The notes beneath the pieces are model-generated. The model saw nothing but the letters and a program-made list of their open reading frames with translations. It did no database searches and had not been told where the DNA came from. The position numbers and the translations under genes are program-made. From a virus: a stretch of DNA of 64,000 bases. Positions within the stretch are counted from its first letter, which is position 1. Every line of letters starts with the position of its first letter. Location of the stretch: positions 38,500-102,499 of the IMG/VR virus record IMGVR_UViG_3300035698_026680; one strand, given 5' to 3'. Positions 59,565-64,000 of this stretch are shown here, one piece after another.

Positions 59565-59858
59565 ATGCAAGTATTCGGCAGTATGCATACTCAGTTAATA
59601 CCTTGTGCTAACAATGGTAATGCTGATGTTGATTTTGACAGTGTTGTTTCTACTGAAAAATTGTTCAAGATTACCCCAACGCAAGATGTTTATGTCAAGT
59701 TTACTCCCAAATCAAATACAGATGCGGCAGATAATACTGACTATTTCATCCCTGCAAACCAAGAAAGAGAATTCACTCTTGGCAGGGCACTTGATAGATT
59801 AGTCGTTAGAAATGAAAGTGGTAGCGTAGCAAACATTCATGTAGCTATTTTGTATTAA
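59565..59858 (+). CDS. Putative virion (head accessory) protein
   Basis: Beta-rich composition; located after the capsid gene. Confidence 0.45.
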   Translation: MQVFGSMHTQLIPCANNGNADVDFDSVVSTEKLFKITPTQDVYVKFTPKSNTDAADNTDYFIPANQEREFTLGRALDRLVVRNESGSVANIHVAILY

Positions 59859-59885
59859 ATAAAATAGAGTAAAAGGTTTAGTTTT

Positions 59886-60413
59886 ATGAAGATAAAAACA
59901 ATACAATGTATTGATTGTGGTATTACTTGTGAAAGAACAGGAAGTAATCAAAAAAGATGTCCTAGATGCCGTAAAATTAATAAACTTGAAAAATATCGCA
60001 AGAAGTATCGTCAAAAAGTAAAAGAATTCTCAAAAAAAGGTCTTAATTACAATAAAGAAAATTATAAGAAAAATAAAGAAAGTATCAAAAAAAGTCTCAG
60101 ACGATATTATTTAAGAACTCGTGGACAATTAAGACTTGGAGCACTTCAAACCATCGCTGACAATAAATCAATTCAATGTGCAAAACATAAAGACTGGTGT
60201 TGTTGTGGTAATTCTTCCAATTTAGACTACCTTGAATTAGATCATATAAAAAATGATGGAGCAATTGATAGGAAAAAATTTAGCAAAGGAAATACTTTTT
60301 ATAGATGGATAATAGATAATCCTGAAAAGGCACGAAAAAAACTACAGATATTATGTTCAAACGCTCAATGGATCAAAAGACGGATCCAGGAAGCTAGAAA
60401 GAGAAAGGAATAA
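59886..60413 (+). CDS. HNH endonuclease with N-terminal zinc ribbon
   Basis: CIDC ... CPRC; LELDHIKNDG ... LQILCSN. Confidence 0.75.
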   Translation: MKIKTIQCIDCGITCERTGSNQKRCPRCRKINKLEKYRKKYRQKVKEFSKKGLNYNKENYKKNKESIKKSLRRYYLRTRGQLRLGALQTIADNKSIQCAKHKDWCCCGNSSNLDYLELDHIKNDGAIDRKKFSKGNTFYRWIIDNPEKARKKLQILCSNAQWIKRRIQEARKRKE

Positions 60414-61423
60414 TGCGTATAATATTTGTTTTACCCAGTTTAAGGGTAAATGGTGCTACGGTTATATTTGAATTAGCAGATAGATTAGGCGACAGAGATC
60501 ACGATGTACGAATCACTTCTCTGGACGAATTAGTAAAACCCCTATATCCACTTAGAACAGCTCCACAAAAGCTGTCAGATAGTTTAAAGTTTTTTCAAGA
60601 AGCAGACGCAATTATTTCCTATTATCCCGCTTGTGCTTTTTATGTTAACGACATAGACACGCAAGCTAAGAAGTTTTACTTCATTATTGATGATATTAGG
60701 AAGCTCTATACTAAAGATGTCTTTAAAGCAAAGTTCCCCAAGTTAGATGAAGATAGAGTTAATATCGAACACAAGACCCATCAGAACTATTTAGAAGCTT
60801 CTTATCAATTACCCTTTTCATTTCTTTATACTAGCTGGAAAGCACAATACATTAAAAAGGGAACATTTGTTCCAATAGGAGTTAATCACAAATCATTTTA
60901 TCCCGAATTGGCCGTTTTAAAAGGAGATACAGTAAGAGTCCTTATCGAAGGGAATTTATTGCCCTGGAAGGGTGTCAACGATATCAATAGAGCCTTGTCT
61001 GATTTAAGGGGATTCGAAATTTGGACAATGAGTAATACGAAATTCACTATTAAAAGTCATAAACATTGGACAAACCCAACAGTTGATGACACCAGGAAAA
61101 TACTGTCTTCTTGTGATATTCTAGTAAAAGCATACTATGAAGATAATTCGGCAGAATTACAGGCTCAAGCAATGGCTTGCGGATGCGCTGTTTTGACTAG
61201 AAAAACAAATGGGTCATTCTTTTGTAAACATAAAAAGAACTCATGGGTATTCGAATCACAAACCCCAAAAGGAAGCTCAGACTCGATTAAAAAAGCCCTA
61301 GAAACACTAATAAAAGATAAAGCATTAAGAGAGAAATTCATAAGAGAAGGATTAAAAACAGCCAAAGGAATGGATTGGGAAAAATCAACTAATATTTTAG
61401 AAAAAGCACTAAAAGGAAAATAA
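60413..61423 (+). CDS. Glycosyltransferase, GT4-like
   Basis: RIIFVLP ... G ... KG ... QAMACG. Confidence 0.82.
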   Translation: MRIIFVLPSLRVNGATVIFELADRLGDRDHDVRITSLDELVKPLYPLRTAPQKLSDSLKFFQEADAIISYYPACAFYVNDIDTQAKKFYFIIDDIRKLYTKDVFKAKFPKLDEDRVNIEHKTHQNYLEASYQLPFSFLYTSWKAQYIKKGTFVPIGVNHKSFYPELAVLKGDTVRVLIEGNLLPWKGVNDINRALSDLRGFEIWTMSNTKFTIKSHKHWTNPTVDDTRKILSSCDILVKAYYEDNSAELQAQAMACGCAVLTRKTNGSFFCKHKKNSWVFESQTPKGSSDSIKKALETLIKDKALREKFIREGLKTAKGMDWEKSTNILEKALKGK

Positions 61424-61424
61424 A

Positions 61425-62582
61425 ATGGAAAAAGAAATAATGAAAGGCGACACTGCTCGGGGCGGCGAAGTTAAGTCCCTTGGAAGACTGAGAATTCTCT
61501 TTATTCCTAGAGATAATAAAGGTTGCGGTTTTTACCGAATGCTTGTTCCTGCCAATGAAATTAAAAGACAGGATTTAGCGGATGTAGTAGTAAATTTTGG
61601 CTGGAATTGGAAATTAGTAGAATGGGCTAACATTATTATCGTTCAAAGAATGACCGATATTCAAGCCTACGAAGCCTTTGATCAGGCTCACTCTTTAGGA
61701 AAGAAAATCATTTTTGAACTAGACGACTATGTTAATGCGATTTCTCCTTCGAATCCTTCATTTGACTTTTGGAGTCCTTTTGGGCCGAACTATGCTAGAT
61801 GCCTGAAAATTATGCAAAAGTGTGATGCCATGCAGACAACAACAACTAGGATTAGAAATGAGTATGCCCTTTGGCAACCAAGAATAGAAGTTTTGCCAAA
61901 CTGCCTAGATAAACACCTTTGGGATGTTCCTGCTTGGACTGCCACACATTGGGATAATTACTATAAAAGAAAGAATGATGGTATAATCAGAATTGGATGG
62001 GCAGGAGCGGCGAGTCACTATGAAGACTTGCAATTAGTAGAAGAAGTTCTCACTAAGATTTGTCAAAAATATAAAAATGTCCATCTTTGCTTAATGGGAT
62101 ATCATGGTGAGTCCAAAAGAGGGCCAGATCTTTTCAAAAATATCCCTTCAAATACATCACTCTGTCCGAACTGCAAAGAAGGGGGACAGCTTGAAAAGAT
62201 ACCAGGAATTGAGTTACTATACTACCCAAGCAAACTAAAGGAAGCGGCATTCGATATTGGGATCGCACCTTTAATTGAGACTGGATTTAATCAGTGTAAA
62301 TCTGATATAAAGATAAGAGAGTATTCAGCGCTGAGTATTCCCGTAGTAGCAACTAGGATGAAGCCATATAGTGAAAGTGTGAAGGAAGGATATACGGGGC
62401 TCTTAGCGACCACTGGGAAGGAGTGGTTTGACGCTTTGGAGCTTCTAATCAAGGATAAGGATTTAAGGGAAAGACTCGGTAGAAATAATTATCGATGGTA
62501 TAAAGAAAATACTATTGATAAGCATATCCATAAATGGATGACCTTCTATCGCCGGGTCACAAGTTTCAAGTTTAAGTGGTAG
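61425..62582 (+). CDS. Glycosyltransferase, GT-B (phage type)
   Basis: GCGFYR, ELDD, RIGWAG, DIGIAPL ... FNQCKSDIKIREY. Confidence 0.88.
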   Translation: MEKEIMKGDTARGGEVKSLGRLRILFIPRDNKGCGFYRMLVPANEIKRQDLADVVVNFGWNWKLVEWANIIIVQRMTDIQAYEAFDQAHSLGKKIIFELDDYVNAISPSNPSFDFWSPFGPNYARCLKIMQKCDAMQTTTTRIRNEYALWQPRIEVLPNCLDKHLWDVPAWTATHWDNYYKRKNDGIIRIGWAGAASHYEDLQLVEEVLTKICQKYKNVHLCLMGYHGESKRGPDLFKNIPSNTSLCPNCKEGGQLEKIPGIELLYYPSKLKEAAFDIGIAPLIETGFNQCKSDIKIREYSALSIPVVATRMKPYSESVKEGYTGLLATTGKEWFDALELLIKDKDLRERLGRNNYRWYKENTIDKHIHKWMTFYRRVTSFKFKW

Positions 62583-62611
62583 ATCTTTATTTATAAAAAG
62601 GAGGAACACTT

Positions 62612-63118
62612 ATGGCTGCTACATTTCAATGGTGGGGCGAATACGGGGCATCTGGTTCTCCAACAACCACTGACCTTGGTGTTTCTGGTAACCTTTTTAA
62701 CTTTAAGACATATAATGATTTGTCTTCTGCGGCAGATTACACATCTTATCCGATCACAGCGGGCAATAATTCTTATGATGTCTGGTTGAAAGGACACTTT
62801 ACCGGATCATTCAACAAGGTTCAAAATGCTAAGTTCTGGAAATCATCTGGAGCTTTGGGAACAGGAGAAACAGTTAAGTTCGTCGGTCACGTAACCGCTT
62901 ATCCCCAGCCAACAACTGGAGATAGCTCTTACGCATCAGCCGATGTCCTAACAGCATCACCAGGTTCAGCAAATGTGTCATTTGGTGGCGACCTAGCCGG
63001 TAACATTACTGGAGTAGGATACTCTGACTTCATTACGCTACAGTTGCGAACAACATCTGCGGCAGAAGCAGGAGACACCAATACATTCACATTTACTCTG
63101 ACTTACGACGAAAATTAG
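62612..63118 (+). CDS. Putative virion structural protein (S/T/G-rich)
   Basis: Strong RBS; beta-rich S/T/G/A composition; ends FTLTYDEN. Confidence 0.55.
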   Translation: MAATFQWWGEYGASGSPTTTDLGVSGNLFNFKTYNDLSSAADYTSYPITAGNNSYDVWLKGHFTGSFNKVQNAKFWKSSGALGTGETVKFVGHVTAYPQPTTGDSSYASADVLTASPGSANVSFGGDLAGNITGVGYSDFITLQLRTTSAAEAGDTNTFTFTLTYDEN

Positions 63119-63119
63119 T

Positions 63120-63148
63120 TTGACATCTAATGAGAATTGATATATAAT
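63120..63148 (+). promoter_or_regulatory. sigma70 consensus promoter carried by the LAGLIDADG cassette
   Basis: TTGACA-N17-TATAAT. Confidence 0.8.
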
Positions 63149-63158
63149 ATCAATTAAT

Positions 63159-63701
63159 ATGTCAAAAAAGCAAGAGATTCAGGTTCAGTTTTTAAGATGG
63201 TTAGCGGGATTTTGGGATGCAGATGGTTGCTTTTCAATTGCCTTGGCAAAACAAAGGACAGCTAATAATTACTTAGCAGTAAAACCAGTTGTTAGCGTAG
63301 GACAGAGGGGCGACCATGACTGGATTATTAAGTATATTTATAAAAAACTAGGGTTTGGTCGCACTTATCTTATAAATAGGGGCGCTATTATAAGTAAGGC
63401 GACATGGCAAACTACTAAAATTGATGACGCTATCAAAATTGCTAAACTGCTTGAACCTTATTTAATAATTAAAAAAAGGAAGGCACAGCGATTTATAGAA
63501 GCATTAGAGCTTTGGAAGAATACAAAACATAAAGTTGATTTTAGATCACAGGGAAAAAAATTAAGAACCAAAAAGGATATACTTAAAGTAATCAAAATCG
63601 CTACCACCTTAAATGAAGATAGACAAGAAAAAAGATATAAAGATTATAAACGATATAAAGATTGGAAAAAGTTAATTAATGAATGGTACGATGAGAACTA
63701 A
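63159..63701 (+). CDS. LAGLIDADG homing endonuclease
   Basis: WLAGFWDADGCF ... LGFG ... LEPYLIIKKRKA. Confidence 0.9.
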   Translation: MSKKQEIQVQFLRWLAGFWDADGCFSIALAKQRTANNYLAVKPVVSVGQRGDHDWIIKYIYKKLGFGRTYLINRGAIISKATWQTTKIDDAIKIAKLLEPYLIIKKRKAQRFIEALELWKNTKHKVDFRSQGKKLRTKKDILKVIKIATTLNEDRQEKRYKDYKRYKDWKKLINEWYDEN

Positions 63702-63727
63702 TAGTTTAAAGTAAAAGGAGTATTATC

Positions 63728-63967
63728 ATGGCAAAACGCATACCAATTAATCCTTTAGATAAGACGTTTGCTGGATTAATGAGAGACGCTGCTAAGGCTT
63801 TGCGAAAAGGTGACAAAAAACTTCTTGCGAAAACCAAGAAGGAGTTTGCCGAAGACGCAATTAGTCTCTTTTATAATCAAGAGAGCGATGTTATCAGAGT
63901 ATTAAGAAAGGACTGTCCGCCTATTGACTTTCCTGTAAGTAAATATTCGGGCTTGCCTAAAAAGTAA
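63728..63967 (+). CDS. hypothetical protein
   Basis: ORF with AGGAG RBS. Confidence 0.55.
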   Translation: MAKRIPINPLDKTFAGLMRDAAKALRKGDKKLLAKTKKEFAEDAISLFYNQESDVIRVLRKDCPPIDFPVSKYSGLPKK

Positions 63968-64000
63968 AAGTTAACGGTCATTTGCAATACAATGCGCCGA

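Larger units (their letters stand above)
1..64000 (+). mobile_element. Segment of a large tailed dsDNA phage genome
   Basis: Terminase, portal, prohead protease and capsid genes; phage-type recombination genes; tRNA cluster; single-strand gene orientation; no ribosomal or core housekeeping operons. Confidence 0.95.

Noticed and set aside
59860-60413. Target-end duplication around the third homing endonuclease
   Set aside because: No duplicated gene terminus was found at its borders
886-62797. Minus-strand ORFs in the track (e.g. 886-1266, 57175-57702)
   Set aside because: They are antisense shadows of well-supported + strand genes, with no motifs or RBS
1-64000. Alternative genetic code (TAG/TGA recoding)
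   Set aside because: Long conserved genes are intact in code 11, and TAG/TGA end genes at expected positions; no suppressor tRNA seen

Overview
This window is a 64 kb segment of a large dsDNA tailed phage (Caudoviricetes-like). Genes are densely packed, essentially all on the + strand, use genetic code 11, and have bacterial sigma70 promoters and AGGAG ribosome-binding sites. The SSB, RRM and DUF5659-like proteins suggest a Patescibacteria/CPR host, which is an inference. Gene order: (1) RavA/MoxR AAA (partial), YkgJ and VWA genes, then many small early ORFs; (2) recombination/replication genes (Gam-like, Rad52-like annealase, lambda-O-like initiator with internal iterons, RecA, SSB, PD-(D/E)XK nucleases), plus RtcB and a metallophosphoesterase; (3) eight tRNA genes and one tRNA-like RNA whose anticodon loop is replaced by a structured ~113-nt insert; (4) a 7-deazaguanine pathway (queD, queE, queC, folE, DpdA/TGT-like) interleaved with a nucleotide-sugar dehydrogenase and a XapX-like peptide; (5) ParB, terminase and portal; (6) a ~25 kb block between portal and prohead protease, dominated by glycosyltransferases, methyltransferases, LicD/cytidylyltransferase, an epimerase, Maf/DUF115-like genes and a deacetylase; (7) prohead protease-scaffold, major capsid protein, two more glycosyltransferases and a likely virion protein. 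There are three free-standing homing endonucleases, two of which duplicate the 3' end of the gene they sit in. All protein calls come from motif recognition by eye; no database search was run.
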